Shown: positions 39,544 to 49,608, counted from the first letter of the stretch. The stretch is DNA of 64,000 bases from Planctomycetota bacterium (GCA_965248575.1 CBDFJQ010000002.1:4224001-4288000); one strand, 5' to 3'. Notes: generated by a model not told the origin, from the letters alone. Program-made: numbers and translations.

Positions 39544-40290
39544 TTACTTCTCTTCGAGGATCGTCTGGCCCTTACCCTTCGGCTTCTTGACCTTGATGCT
39601 CGTGTTGATGAGGCCGGACATTCCGGAGTTACCAACCGAGAGCTTGTAAGGGCCGAGGGACGGCAACACCACGTCCTTGATCTTGAAGCCGCCCTTCTTG
39701 GTCTTCTCGATGAAGCCCGTCAGGAGCTCGGGGTCCATGCCTTCCTCGCCGCCTTCCAGCGTGAGCGTGGGCATGAAGGGGATGGCATCAGACTTCTTCT
39801 TGGAGTTGATGGTGCCGCTGAAGATCCAACCGGACTTACCATCAATGGTCGTGTCCTGGGTCTCCTTGGGGCCGACGCCGGAGTTGTTCTTGGCGGTCGT
39901 GATTTTCTTGGGGGTCTTGCCACCGGTCTTGATGGAGTAGGTACCGATGGTGCCATCGTCGCCCGTGAGCTTGATGCGGTAGACGCCGGTAGACGGCAGC
40001 TCGAACTTCTTGATGGCGCTCTTCTTCTTGCCAGAGGCTTCATCGGCCAGGACGTTGTCGTCTGAGTCGGCGAGCATGACGTGCGGGAGCAGGCTCTGCT
40101 TCTTGTCGGCCTTGGCGGTGATGGTCACGCGCTCGCCGGAGAGGCCTTCAAACTCGACGACGTCTTCGTCGGCAACCTGGATCGCACCCTTATAGGTGTC
40201 GCCCACGTTGAGGACGGCATCGGCGATGGTGCCCGCGATGGCGACACCCGCAATGAGGAGAAGGAGAGTGGTGATCTTGACGTGCTGCAT
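39544..40290 (-). CDS. Secreted Lys-rich protein with two PPC-like domains
   Basis: MQHVKITTLLLLIAGVAIA signal peptide after GGAG; FEGLSGERVTIT...LPSTGVYRIKL and LPSLGPYKLSV. Confidence 0.8.
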   Translation of the reverse strand: MQHVKITTLLLLIAGVAIAGTIADAVLNVGDTYKGAIQVADEDVVEFEGLSGERVTITAKADKKQSLLPHVMLADSDDNVLADEASGKKKSAIKKFELPSTGVYRIKLTGDDGTIGTYSIKTGGKTPKKITTAKNNSGVGPKETQDTTIDGKSGWIFSGTINSKKKSDAIPFMPTLTLEGGEEGMDPELLTGFIEKTKKGGFKIKDVVLPSLGPYKLSVGNSGMSGLINTSIKVKKPKGKGQTILEEK

Positions 40291-40599
40291 TCCGGGACTC
40301 CGGGTTCGGGCCAACAAACGCCCCCAGCTGGGGAGCGATGTCGAGGGAGGATACGGTCTTAAGCATCTGAGAGAAGGCCCTGTAACCGCATTCTTTGTGG
40401 CATAGGGCCTTCTAGCCTCATCGACACGGTTTACCAATCGGCGTTCTGTGGCCCCGAATTCGCACCAATTTCGGCAGGATCTCCCAGACCCCCGCTTCTC
40501 CAGTGCCCTCAGCGGCCTCCCTCGCTAGACTGCCGGGTTTGAACCGAGCCCCCAAGATGGGGTCCAGACGCAGGCATCAAGAAGGATCTATATACGCCC

Positions 40600-42780
40600 A
40601 TGACCACAGCAAACGCCGAAACCCGCAGCTTCCAGGCCGAGACCCGAGAGCTTCTGGATCTGATGATCCACTCGCTTTACACGAACCGGGAGATCTTCCT
40701 CCGCGAGCTCGTTTCCAACGCCAGCGACGCCCTCGACAAACTTCGTTTCGAGGCCCTCAAGGACAGCGCCCTGCGCGACGGGAGCGAAGAGCTCCGGGTG
40801 CGGCTGGAGCCGGATGCCGAGGCGAACACCTTGGTAGTCGATGACAACGGCATCGGCATGACCCGCGACGAGGTGGTCGAGAACATCGGCACCATCGCTC
40901 GCTCGGGGACCAAGGCGTTTGTGGAGGCGGCGCGCTCGGGCAAGGACGTGACTGAGGAGGGGGAGTCCACTCCCGATCTCATCGGCCAGTTCGGCGTGGG
41001 TTTCTACTCGGCTTTCATGGTGGCCGAGAAGGTCGTCGTGGAGACGCGCAAGGCGGGTACGGATGAAGCGGTGCGTTGGACCTCGCTTGGCGATGGAGAG
41101 TTCACCGTGGAGGACATCGAGAAGGCGGAGTCCGGCACGCGCATCACCATGCACTTGCGCCCAGCGGTGCCCGAAGAGGGTGCCGAGGCAGACGCCCCTG
41201 TGCAGGACTTCACCGACCCCATGACCGTGCGCGATGTGGTCAAGCGCTACTCGGACTTCGTGGCCTACCCCGTGCAGATGGACATGGAGCACACGCTGCC
41301 CGTGGAGCCGAAGGAGGGCGAAGAGCCGCCCGAGCAGCCGGAGACGACGACCGAGATCCGGACCGAGACCCTCAACTCCATGAAGCCCTTGTGGACCCGG
41401 CCGAAGTCGGAGATCGAGGACAAGGAGTACCTCGAGTTCTACCGGCACGCGACCCATGACTGGCAAGAGCCGCTGGCCACCGTGCACTTCCGTGCGGAGG
41501 GCACGCACGAGTACACGGCCCTGTTGTTCCTGCCGTCCCAGCGCCCGCAGGATCTGCTCGACCCCACTCAGCACCACAGCCGCCTCAGCCTCTACGTGAA
41601 GCGCGTGTTCGTGATGCAGGAGTGCGAGGAGCTGTTGCCGCCGTGGTTGCGCTTCGTGCGCGGTCTGGTGGATTCGAGCGACCTACCCCTGAACGTTTCG
41701 CGCGAGACGCTGCAGCACAATCGGCAGGTCGGCCAGATCCGGAAACGCCTCACCAAGAAGGTGATCGAGGCCCTCGCGGGTCTGCAAACGGACAAGCGCG
41801 AGGCCTATTCCCGCTTCTGGACCTCCCTGGGTACGGTCATCAAGGAAGGCCTCTACCTGGATGAAACGCACCGGGAGGATCTGGCCGGCTTGTGCTTGTT
41901 CCAGAGCTCGTCGGGCGGCGCGCCGGCCGAACCCCTCGACGTGTTCCAGCCGCCGAAGGAGGAGGGCGAAGCAGACACTCCTCCGTCCGAGGTCTGCCCG
42001 TACGGCTACACCACCTTGGCTGAGTACGTCGCTCGCATGCCGTTGGCGCAAAAAGCGATCTACTACGTAACCGGCCCCGATCGTGCGTCTGTCGAGAACT
42101 CGCCGCACATCGAGGCGGCTCGGGCGAAGGGTTACGAGGTCCTGTTCTTCGTCGAGCCCGTGGACGAGTGGGTGTTGCAGCGCCTGGACACCTTCGGAGA
42201 CAAGCCGCTGACGTCCTTGGATCGCGGAGCAGGCGATCTGGAAGACGGAGACGAGGAGTCCCAGCGCGAAGAGAAGCAGGCGGAACTGGAGCCCTTGCTC
42301 AGCGCTGCGCAGGAGTCCATCGATGACTACGTCAAGGAGGTGCGGCTGTCGTCGCGATTGCGTTCCAGCCCCGCTGTCCTGGTTTCGGACGATGGGGCGC
42401 TGTCGCCTCAGCTGATCCAGGCCTTGCGCGCATCAGGGCAGCAGGTGCCCACGCAGAAGCGCATCCTGGAGTTGAACCCCAAGCACGCCGTGCTCAACGA
42501 GCTCTCCAGCCTGCACGGTGGGGGTGATGAGGCGCGCTTCCATCTGTTCGTGGAGCTCTTGCACGGTCAGGCCCTGCTGGCTGAAGGTTCCCCGGTTCCG
42601 GATCCGGCTCGCTACGCGCGCCTGGTGACGGAGTTGATGGCTCCCGGCACTCTCGAAGCCAGCGAAGAGCTGGCTTCTGCTGCCGCTTCAGGAGGGGCAG
42701 AGGCTGATTCCAAGGCCAATGAGGACAAGGCAGAGGATGCGGCAGAGGGCGAGGCTTCCGAGGCCGAAGCCGGCTCCTGA
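40600..42780 (+). CDS. htpG: Molecular chaperone HtpG (Hsp90)
   Basis: [70 protein letters not shown]. Confidence 0.97.
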
Positions 42781-42816
42781 AGCTGGCTCTGCCCAGAAAC
42801 CGCCATGGATGAGCTC

Positions 42817-42855
42817 TTGACGCCTTAACTACAGTCGTAGTATTACAGGCGTAGT
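42817..42855 (+). promoter_or_regulatory. Promoter with tandem BlaI/MecI/CopY-type operators
   Basis: TTGACG at 42817-42822; palindromes ACTAC-AGTC-GTAGT (42828-42841) and ATTAC-AGGC-GTAGT (42842-42855) cover the -10 region and resemble TACA-N2-TGTA. Confidence 0.75.
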
Positions 42856-42875
42856 TGATCGCTCAGGAGGCATCC

Positions 42876-43283
42876 ATGTTCCAAGTCACCGAACTCCAGC
42901 TCGCTGTGTTGCGCGAGCTGTGGACCCAGGGGGAAGCGAGCGTCGCCGATGTACACGGCGCGCTCCAGAATGAGCGGGGCCTGGCCACCACGACGGTGGC
43001 CACCTTGCTCAGTCGCCTGCAGAAACGCGGCCTCGTCACCCACCGCACGGACGGGCGCAAGCATGTGTACCGCTCCACGGTTTCCGAGTCCGAGGTGCAG
43101 AGCGCGCTGCTCGACTCGGTGACGGACGGTGTGTTCGGAGGGGACGTCACCGCCTTGGTGAGCCACCTCTTGAGCAAGCGCGAGGTGAGCACGGGGGATC
43201 TTGCTGCCGTTCAGCAGATTCTGGATCGGATGCAGGATCAGGTGATGGACGAGGCCACGGATACGGAGACCCACGATGTTTGA
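42876..43283 (+). CDS. BlaI/MecI/CopY family transcriptional repressor
   Basis: AGGAGG RBS; TELQLAVLRELW..GEASVADVH, LATTTVATLLSRLQKRGLV, GRKHVY, VFGGDVTALVSHLL. Confidence 0.93.
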   Translation: MFQVTELQLAVLRELWTQGEASVADVHGALQNERGLATTTVATLLSRLQKRGLVTHRTDGRKHVYRSTVSESEVQSALLDSVTDGVFGGDVTALVSHLLSKREVSTGDLAAVQQILDRMQDQVMDEATDTETHDV

Positions 43284-46200
43284 CGTCACGCCCCCGCAGT
43301 TTGTGTACGAGACGCTGGCCTGGTTGCTCACCTACGCCCTTCACAGCACGATCTTGATCGGAGGGATCTGGCTCGTGCTGCGTGCGCGGGTCGTGCGTTC
43401 TGCCGGCACGGAAGACGTGCTCTGGAAGATCGGTCTCGTGGGCGCCCTGCTCACGGCCACCGTCCAGACGGGGCTGGGCATCGAGCCCTTCTCAGGCACC
43501 TACACACTCGGGGCGGATGCGGCGCTCGGTTCCGATTCCTCGGACGACACGCGGACCCTACGGCCCATCACGCGGGCCCCGAAGCAGCTGGATGAGCCGC
43601 AGCAACCTGCTGAATTGGCGCTCGGGACGCTGCAACTGGCGAACGGCCAAGGCCTTCAGTTTGCGCTGGAAGAGCTGCCGGTGACGCCACGCCGACGGCT
43701 GGCCAACGTTCCGGCCTTCGTGCCAAGAGAGCAGGTCCGCCGCTTGTCCACCCTCCCTGACAGCACGGCCCGCAAGGAGTTCGTGAGTTCTGGAGCGAAT
43801 GTCGCAAGCAGCCCGGCTGTCCTCGCGTCCTTCCTCGACGGCGGCAGCAAGGCCGCCTACGAGCGTCCGGCCGCTGGCCAGGACAGTTCGACGACACGCG
43901 GCTCCCTGACGCCCTGGCTTGCCGCGAACTGGGCACCTGTGGTGGGTGGCCTGTGGCTGCTGCTCGCCGGCTTGGGATTGACGCGCTACCTGCATCTGCG
44001 TCGTCGCCTCACGCGCGCCCTGGGGGCGCGCACGCCCGTCGAGAGCGTGCGCATGCTCAGCATCTTCGGCCGGCTGGAACATCAGGCAGGCATCCGCGGC
44101 ACCGTGAACCTCACCGTCTCGCCCTTCCTCTCCGGGCCCATCGCCCTTGGTCGGCGCGAGATCTGCGTGCCGCACCGAGCGGTGTCCGAGCTCAACCCGC
44201 AACAGCAGGAGGCCTTGCTGGCCCATGAGTTGGCGCACATCCGGCGCCAGGATCCGTTCTGGCTCAATGTGTGCGCGGTGCTCGAGGCCGTGTTCTTCTT
44301 CCAGCCGCTCAACCGTCTGGCGCGCATGCGGTTGCAGGCTGTGTCCGAGTATCTCTGCGACGACTGGGCGGTGGACAGCACAGGTCGCAAGGTGACCCTC
44401 GCTCAGTGCCTGGCCGAAGTGGCCAGCTGGGTGGAGGACACCCGTGACGTCTTGCCCGTGGCTGGCATGGCTCGGGCGGACTCCTCCTTGCTGAAGCGCG
44501 TGCGTCGCATCGCCGAGCGACCGCCGCAGCAGCGGGCCTTGCGCCGCTCGGCGGCCGCACTGCTGGCCATGACCCTCTTGGGTGTCGTGTCCTGCAGCGT
44601 GCCAGGCATCTCGGCCGGATCTTCCGAGGGCAGTGTGCTTGATCAGCTCCAGGCCTTCGTGCGAAGCGCCTTTGCGACGCTCTCACCGGCGACGTTGGAG
44701 CTCGTGTCCGAGGAGGGCATCCAAGCTGACAAGCAGGACGCAGCCGATGCTCCCCTCGCTGATCCGGATGCCGAGAGCTGTGCCGACGCGTCCGAGTGCC
44801 AAGCTGCAGACGAGCCCGTGGTGTTCCCGGATGCGCCTCCTGCCGAGGCCGCGCAACCCTTCCAGCGTCGGCTGAACCGGCGCTCGGCTCCAGACGGAGT
44901 CGTGAGCCAGCCGCTGAGCTGGCCGACGCCCGTCGCGGATCCCTTTGCCTCCCCCGCACCTGTTGCGGCCTTCCGGATCCAGGACGCCCCGGCTTCCAGC
45001 GCCGATGCCCCCGCGGACGATTCCCAGACCATCACGCTCCGTGTGGTGGATGGCGAGGTCACCGGTGTGGATGCGTCGGGCAGGACCTTCCGCATCCTCG
45101 GTGTCAGTCAATCGGGCTCCCAGTCCGGCACTCACATTGAGTTCAAGAACGGTGTCTTGCGAGTCATCGATGGAACGGGTGACACCCTGGTCGAGCTCGA
45201 AGTGGAAGGAGAGGATGCGGACAGGCCCGTGCTGCTGCGTGCGCCCCGGATCGAAATCCGCCAGCAGGGTGAGCGTTTGCGCCGTGCCCCGCGTTCCGAG
45301 CAAGCGGGTCGCCGTAGCTGGCGCTTCGCGGCGGAGCCGAGAGAGCCTAGAGAGCCGCGAGAGCCCTCGGCACCGTCGAGCTGGGTCCCGCGCCCGCCCC
45401 AGGAATTGCGCGAACCCCGCGAGCCCCGTGAGCCCATGGCGCCACGCGAACCCCGCGAACCCCGCGAGCCTCGGGAACCTCGTGCCCCTCGCGATGGCTC
45501 CTGGGTCGAAGCCGACTCCCAGGATGAAGGTGAAGACTCCTGGGTGCAGCTCGAGGATGAGATCGCCCGCGGGCTTGAAGAGGTGCTGCGTGAGTTCGAT
45601 CTCGAACGTCGGGAACTTGAAGAGGCCTACGAAGAGGGCATGCGTGAGCTCGGCCAGGTGATGGAGGAGTTGCAGCGGGGGTTCTCCCGCGAGCAACATT
45701 CCCTGTCACGGGAGTTCGAGCAGGCTACGCATGAAGGGCAGCGCGAGTACGAGCAGGCGCTGGAGCTCTGGAACCGTGAGTTCTCAGAGGGCACCGATGC
45801 ACTGTTCCGTGAAAACCAAGAGGTCCTGCGCCACTTCCATAAAGAGTTAGAGGAGATGCAGCGCAAGCTGCGGGACGAACCAGAGGCCTTCGACGACTTC
45901 TTCCAGACCTGGGAACAGGAGCAAGGCGAATGGGAGCAGGACTTCGAGAACGAGTGGGAGTCCTGGGAGGAAGACTTCGAGTACGAGCTGAAGGAGCTCG
46001 ATGAGGAGTACGAGCTGTGGTGGGAAGAGCTCGAAGAGGAGTTCGAGTTCGAGCTGGAAGGACTCGAGGAAGAGTTCGAGTTCGGCATGGAGGACTGGCA
46101 GTTTGAGATGGAGGGGTTCGAAGGAGAGTACGAGCTGGCCTTCGCCGAATATGAAGACCTCTTCGAGCAGTCCATCGAGGCCGCCTCCTGGCGGGACTGC

Positions 46201-46407
46201 GACCACGACTGCGAGGACGAATGCAGCCGTGGGTGCACCCACCCTGACGAGCCCGAGCCCGAGGACTGCGACGAAGGCTCCGACTTCGAGTACGAGTTCG
46301 AGGACACGTCCGACTGCGAAGCCGAGTCCGACTGCGAAGCCGAAGCCGACTGCGAAGCCGAAGCCGAGTGCGACGCAGAGAGCGAGTCCGACGTCGGCGT
46401 GGGCTGA
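43276..46407 (+). CDS. M56 (BlaR1/MecR1-like) membrane metallopeptidase with long low-complexity acidic C-terminal region
   Basis: LLTYALHSTIL, LAHELAHIRRQD, FFFQPL, SEYLCDDWAV, LAQCLAEVA; overlaps the blaI-like stop. Confidence 0.9.
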   Translation: MFDVTPPQFVYETLAWLLTYALHSTILIGGIWLVLRARVVRSAGTEDVLWKIGLVGALLTATVQTGLGIEPFSGTYTLGADAALGSDSSDDTRTLRPITRAPKQLDEPQQPAELALGTLQLANGQGLQFALEELPVTPRRRLANVPAFVPREQVRRLSTLPDSTARKEFVSSGANVASSPAVLASFLDGGSKAAYERPAAGQDSSTTRGSLTPWLAANWAPVVGGLWLLLAGLGLTRYLHLRRRLTRALGARTPVESVRMLSIFGRLEHQAGIRGTVNLTVSPFLSGPIALGRREICVPHRAVSELNPQQQEALLAHELAHIRRQDPFWLNVCAVLEAVFFFQPLNRLARMRLQAVSEYLCDDWAVDSTGRKVTLAQCLAEVASWVEDTRDVLPVAGMARADSSLLKRVRRIAERPPQQRALRRSAAALLAMTLLGVVSCSVPGISAGSSEGSVLDQLQAFVRSAFATLSPATLELVSEEGIQADKQDAADAPLADPDAESCADASECQAADEPVVFPDAPPAEAAQPFQRRLNRRSAPDGVVSQPLSWPTPVADPFASPAPVAAFRIQDAPASSADAPADDSQTITLRVVDGEVTGVDASGRTFRILGVSQSGSQSGTHIEFKNGVLRVIDGTGDTLVELEVEGEDADRPVLLRAPRIEIRQQGERLRRAPRSEQAGRRSWRFAAEPREPREPREPSAPSSWVPRPPQELREPREPREPMAPREPREPREPREPRAPRDGSWVEADSQDEGEDSWVQLEDEIARGLEEVLREFDLERRELEEAYEEGMRELGQVMEELQRGFSREQHSLSREFEQATHEGQREYEQALELWNREFSEGTDALFRENQEVLRHFHKELEEMQRKLRDEPEAFDDFFQTWEQEQGEWEQDFENEWESWEEDFEYELKELDEEYELWWEELEEEFEFELEGLEEEFEFGMEDWQFEMEGFEGEYELAFAEYEDLFEQSIEAASWRDCDHDCEDECSRGCTHPDEPEPEDCDEGSDFEYEFEDTSDCEAESDCEAEADCEAEAECDAESESDVGVG
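45334..45492 (+). repeat. In-frame (E-P-R)n tripeptide repeats in the M56 protein
   Basis: Three blocks: EPREPREPREP, REPREPREP and PREPREPREPREPR. Confidence 0.75.
46312..46380 (+). repeat. In-frame 18-bp tandem repeat encoding (DCEAE[S/A])x3-4
   Basis: GACTGCGAAGCCGA(G/A)(T/G)CC repeated three times plus a degenerate fourth copy. Confidence 0.8.
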
Positions 46408-46409
46408 CG

Positions 46410-46439
46410 GAAAAAGTGCGCGGGCACCTGCACGTTTTC
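46410..46439. terminator. Possible bidirectional terminator between the convergent M56 genes
   Basis: GAAAAAGTGC...GCACGTTTTC imperfect hairpin with A and T flanks. Confidence 0.45.
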
Positions 46440-46507
46440 ACGGCAGGCACCCGCGCAGTGGAAGGAGCTCCCACCCACCGGGGGCGCGGTGGAACAGGGT
46501 GGGCGCT

Positions 46508-48826
46508 TCAGGCGCTCTTGGTGGAAGTCCGCCGGCTCTCCAACCGGCAACGTTCCTGAACTTCCCGAAGCATCCTTCCGAATCGTGCTGAGTTGCGCGG
46601 GCCGACCAGCAGCGTGTCGGACTGCAGTCGTACTGGGTCGGCGAAGCCCGTGTTCACGGCGCGCTCGAGATACGCCAGCGCGAGGCCTTCGTCCTGAGCC
46701 TTCGCATGCACCCGGGCCAGTTGGTAGAGACCCTCCGGCACACCGTAGGTCGAGTTCCGGTTCGAGTGCAGGGTGAAGGCCTCCAGCACTTCTGCGGCTC
46801 CCGCCAGATCGCCGGAGTTCATCAGGCTCTCAGCGAGGTTCAGGTTGGCCCTGTGGCTAGGTGCCAGCTGCGCTGCGAAGAGGCGCCAGGTGTGGGCCGC
46901 TTTCTGCCAGTCGCCGACATCCTGGGCTTTGCTGGCTGCGTTCCAGAGTGCCGTTCGCGAGCTCACCTCTGCGAGCAGTTGCACCATGGGGGGGTGTTGA
47001 CGCAGGGGTGAGAGGTCTGGGTCCTCGGCGAGCATCTGCCACTGGTCGAAGCCGTGGTCGATGGCGGCCCCGAGCGCTTCCATGGCGCCCTCGAGGTTGC
47101 CGAGACGGGCCCTGGCGCAGGCCGTGTTGTATTGGGCGGTGGCGACCGAGTAGCGCATGTCGATCTGCTCTGCGCAGAGTTGCTCGGCCTCCTCGTAGCC
47201 CGAGGTGCCAAACAGGGAGAACGCCAGCATCAGGGTGGCGTAGCCGTTCTCCGGGCAGAGCACCCGGAGCGCACGGAAGTCGGTGATGGCCGATTCCCAC
47301 TGCTTCTGCTGCACAGCCGTGTCGGCACGTTCACGCAGGGCTATGACCTGATCGGCGTCGGAGATGATGGCCGCGAGTTGACCCCCAGCGCGCAGGCTTT
47401 GCAGGCGGGGTTCAGACTTCAACCACTCGGTGTCTGCGTAGCCTGCCCGCAGCGCGGCCCGCAGGTGGCTCAGGGCCTGGATGTGGTCGCCACGGGATGC
47501 GAAGGCGCTGGCCATGGCTGACTCTGCAGAGGCGAGCCCCTCGCCGGTGTCGCGCTGCCGTTCGAAGGCGATCAGAGCCAACTCGTGTTGTTCGAGTTCG
47601 AGGTGCGCCCGGCCCAGGCGGTGCAAGGCGCGAGGGTTGTCGGGCGACTGAACGACCACCTGCCCGTAGAGGGCGACAGCGCCAAGCCAGTCGCTGGTGT
47701 CGTAGGCATGGGCCGCAGCCTGGGAGAGCTGGGCGGCTTCGACGACAGGCAAGAGGGCCGCTGCGATGTCGGGTTGCGCTGGTTCGACGTCGGCGGAGCT
47801 GGCATCCAGGGCCAGATGCGCGCCGGGGATGTGCGGCTGGGTGGCTTCGCGCAGCGCGTCCAGGTGCGGCAGCAAGGCGACGGCAGCCACGGCAGCAGCC
47901 ACGGAGAGCAGCGGTGACGCGCGGTGTGAGACGTCCGGGTTCATGATGAGCGCGAGGCGCCGGCGGAAGGCACGCGGTGCTGACGTCCCGACCCCGAGTG
48001 CCGGGCCCAGCCCTGCGCCGGAGTGTTCCGCTCGCCCCCCTTGGGCGGCCACGTCGATCAGCGCCTCGGCGTAGTCGCGACGGCTCTCTGGGAGCGCCCA
48101 GACCGCCCAGGCGTCGCAGGCCTCCTCCGCGTGGCTGCGCACGCGTCGGCGCACGAACCAGAAGACAGGGTTCCACCAGCAGGCAGCCATGGCGGCCACC
48201 TCGAACCAGGCCACCCAGTGATCCCGGCGACGGACGTGCGCCAGCTCGTGGGCCACGATGCCGCGCACGCAACGACTCCCCGCAGCGCGCTGCTTGGAAG
48301 ACGGCCACAGGAACATAGGCCGACGCAGGCTCCAGATGATGGGCGACCTGAGCCCTTCGAGCAGACGCGTGTCGGGCGTCCGCACGGAGAGCACCTGTGC
48401 CATGTAGGAGACCGTGCGAAGTAGCGGCGCGGGGGCCTGTTGGGCTTGTGTCACCCGATGCTGCATCTGCCGGCAACGTCGCAGCTGGCACCAGACAACG
48501 GCGAGTGCCCCGGCCATCCAGACGCTGGCGACCGCAACCCAAACGGTCTGGCTCGCCGCGAGCAAGGCGCCGGCCAGGGAGGTCTGCAGCGCCGAAAGTC
48601 CGTCGATTCGCAGGGCCTGCTGGCCCACCAGCGCGAGGGCGGTGCGCACGGCTTCGGGTGCCTCGAGTGGAAGCGGCGGGAGCACGAGGCGCACCAGGAT
48701 CACCAACCACAGGGCGTGACACAGGGCGGGGCGGGAGCGGAGCAACCAGCAGACCGGCAAGGCCAGTGCCGACAGCAGCAAGGCCGCCAGGGTGTTGTCG
48801 AGCATCCAGTGAAGCATCGGGGTCAC
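46508..48826 (-). CDS. M56 (BlaR1-like) metallopeptidase with C-terminal TPR repeats
   Basis: CHALWLVILVRLVLPP, VAHELAHVRRRDHW, WWNPVFW, EEACDAWAV, YAEALIDV; TPR units YNTACARARLG...L..AIDHGF....L..DPDL. Start at 48826 (GTG) or 48817. Confidence 0.9.
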   Translation of the reverse strand: MTPMLHWMLDNTLAALLLSALALPVCWLLRSRPALCHALWLVILVRLVLPPLPLEAPEAVRTALALVGQQALRIDGLSALQTSLAGALLAASQTVWVAVASVWMAGALAVVWCQLRRCRQMQHRVTQAQQAPAPLLRTVSYMAQVLSVRTPDTRLLEGLRSPIIWSLRRPMFLWPSSKQRAAGSRCVRGIVAHELAHVRRRDHWVAWFEVAAMAACWWNPVFWFVRRRVRSHAEEACDAWAVWALPESRRDYAEALIDVAAQGGRAEHSGAGLGPALGVGTSAPRAFRRRLALIMNPDVSHRASPLLSVAAAVAAVALLPHLDALREATQPHIPGAHLALDASSADVEPAQPDIAAALLPVVEAAQLSQAAAHAYDTSDWLGAVALYGQVVVQSPDNPRALHRLGRAHLELEQHELALIAFERQRDTGEGLASAESAMASAFASRGDHIQALSHLRAALRAGYADTEWLKSEPRLQSLRAGGQLAAIISDADQVIALRERADTAVQQKQWESAITDFRALRVLCPENGYATLMLAFSLFGTSGYEEAEQLCAEQIDMRYSVATAQYNTACARARLGNLEGAMEALGAAIDHGFDQWQMLAEDPDLSPLRQHPPMVQLLAEVSSRTALWNAASKAQDVGDWQKAAHTWRLFAAQLAPSHRANLNLAESLMNSGDLAGAAEVLEAFTLHSNRNSTYGVPEGLYQLARVHAKAQDEGLALAYLERAVNTGFADPVRLQSDTLLVGPRNSARFGRMLREVQERCRLESRRTSTKSA

Positions 48827-48851
48827 TCCTCGTGCGATCTCGGCCCGGGGC

Positions 48852-49283
48852 TCAGGGCTTTGAATTCCGACGGCGCTTTCGGGGCGTCGGCGGGGTCTCC
48901 ATGTCGTCCAAGAGTTGTCGGAAGTCGCGAATCTCGTCTGCCGAGAAGCGGCGCCCTTGAACCAAGGACATCACCAGCGGCAAGGAGGTGCCTTCACACA
49001 CACGCTCGGCCAGGTCGTCGAGCTGTTCGCCGAGGAACGCTTCCCGTGAACGCGCTGCCCGAAACTCGTGGGCCCTGCCCTGAGACTTGCTGGGCGCCTT
49101 GCTGACCACATAGCGCTTGGCCACCAGGCGTGTGAGCAGCGTTTGGACGGTGGTGTAGGCCCAGGATCTTCCTGACAAATCCAGGTGGCCGCGGATCTCG
49201 CGCACCGTCCCGGGGCCGTGGGCCCAGAGGGTCTTGAGCACGACGAGTTCCGTCTCGCTGATGGGGAGTGAAGTGGGAGTCAT
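48852..49283 (-). CDS. BlaI/MecI/CopY family transcriptional repressor
   Basis: ISETELVVLKTLWAHGPGTVREI, WAYTTVQTLLTRLVAKRYV, LVMSLV. Confidence 0.93.
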   Translation of the reverse strand: MTPTSLPISETELVVLKTLWAHGPGTVREIRGHLDLSGRSWAYTTVQTLLTRLVAKRYVVSKAPSKSQGRAHEFRAARSREAFLGEQLDDLAERVCEGTSLPLVMSLVQGRRFSADEIRDFRQLLDDMETPPTPRKRRRNSKP

Positions 49284-49395
49284 TCGTTTTCCTGGGAAGA
49301 CCCTTGGCGGACAGGCGTCGGGAGGGCGCCTGTGACCGACCAGTCAGGGCGGAGGACATGGGATTGGTCGAGCTGAGACTCCCGTGTGCTTCTCA

Positions 49396-49424
49396 CTCCT
49401 ACGGCTTGTAGGAGGAAGCGTCAA
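49396..49424 (-). promoter_or_regulatory. Promoter with BlaI-type operator for the second blaI-M56 operon
   Basis: Minus-strand TTGACG (49424-49419) followed by the palindrome CTCCTAC-N5-GTAGGAG (49396-49414). Confidence 0.65.
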
Positions 49425-49608
49425 GCGGGTAACGGCGTCCCCACTTTCCCGGATCAATCTTCCTTCCCGAGCTGGCGAGTGTCCCAGGCCTTCCGCCGCG
49501 ATAGCCTAGGCGCCTCCTCAATGTGTGCAGCCCCGGCCGCGACGGCGCGGGGCGGCCAGCTGACGGGCTTTTTCACCAGTTACAGGGTGGTCGGACGGGG
49601 GTCTTGGT

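Noticed and set aside
45334..46380. Tandem repeats as a CRISPR array or other non-coding repeat
   Set aside because: Unit lengths are multiples of 3, in frame, with no unique spacers, and there are no cas genes.
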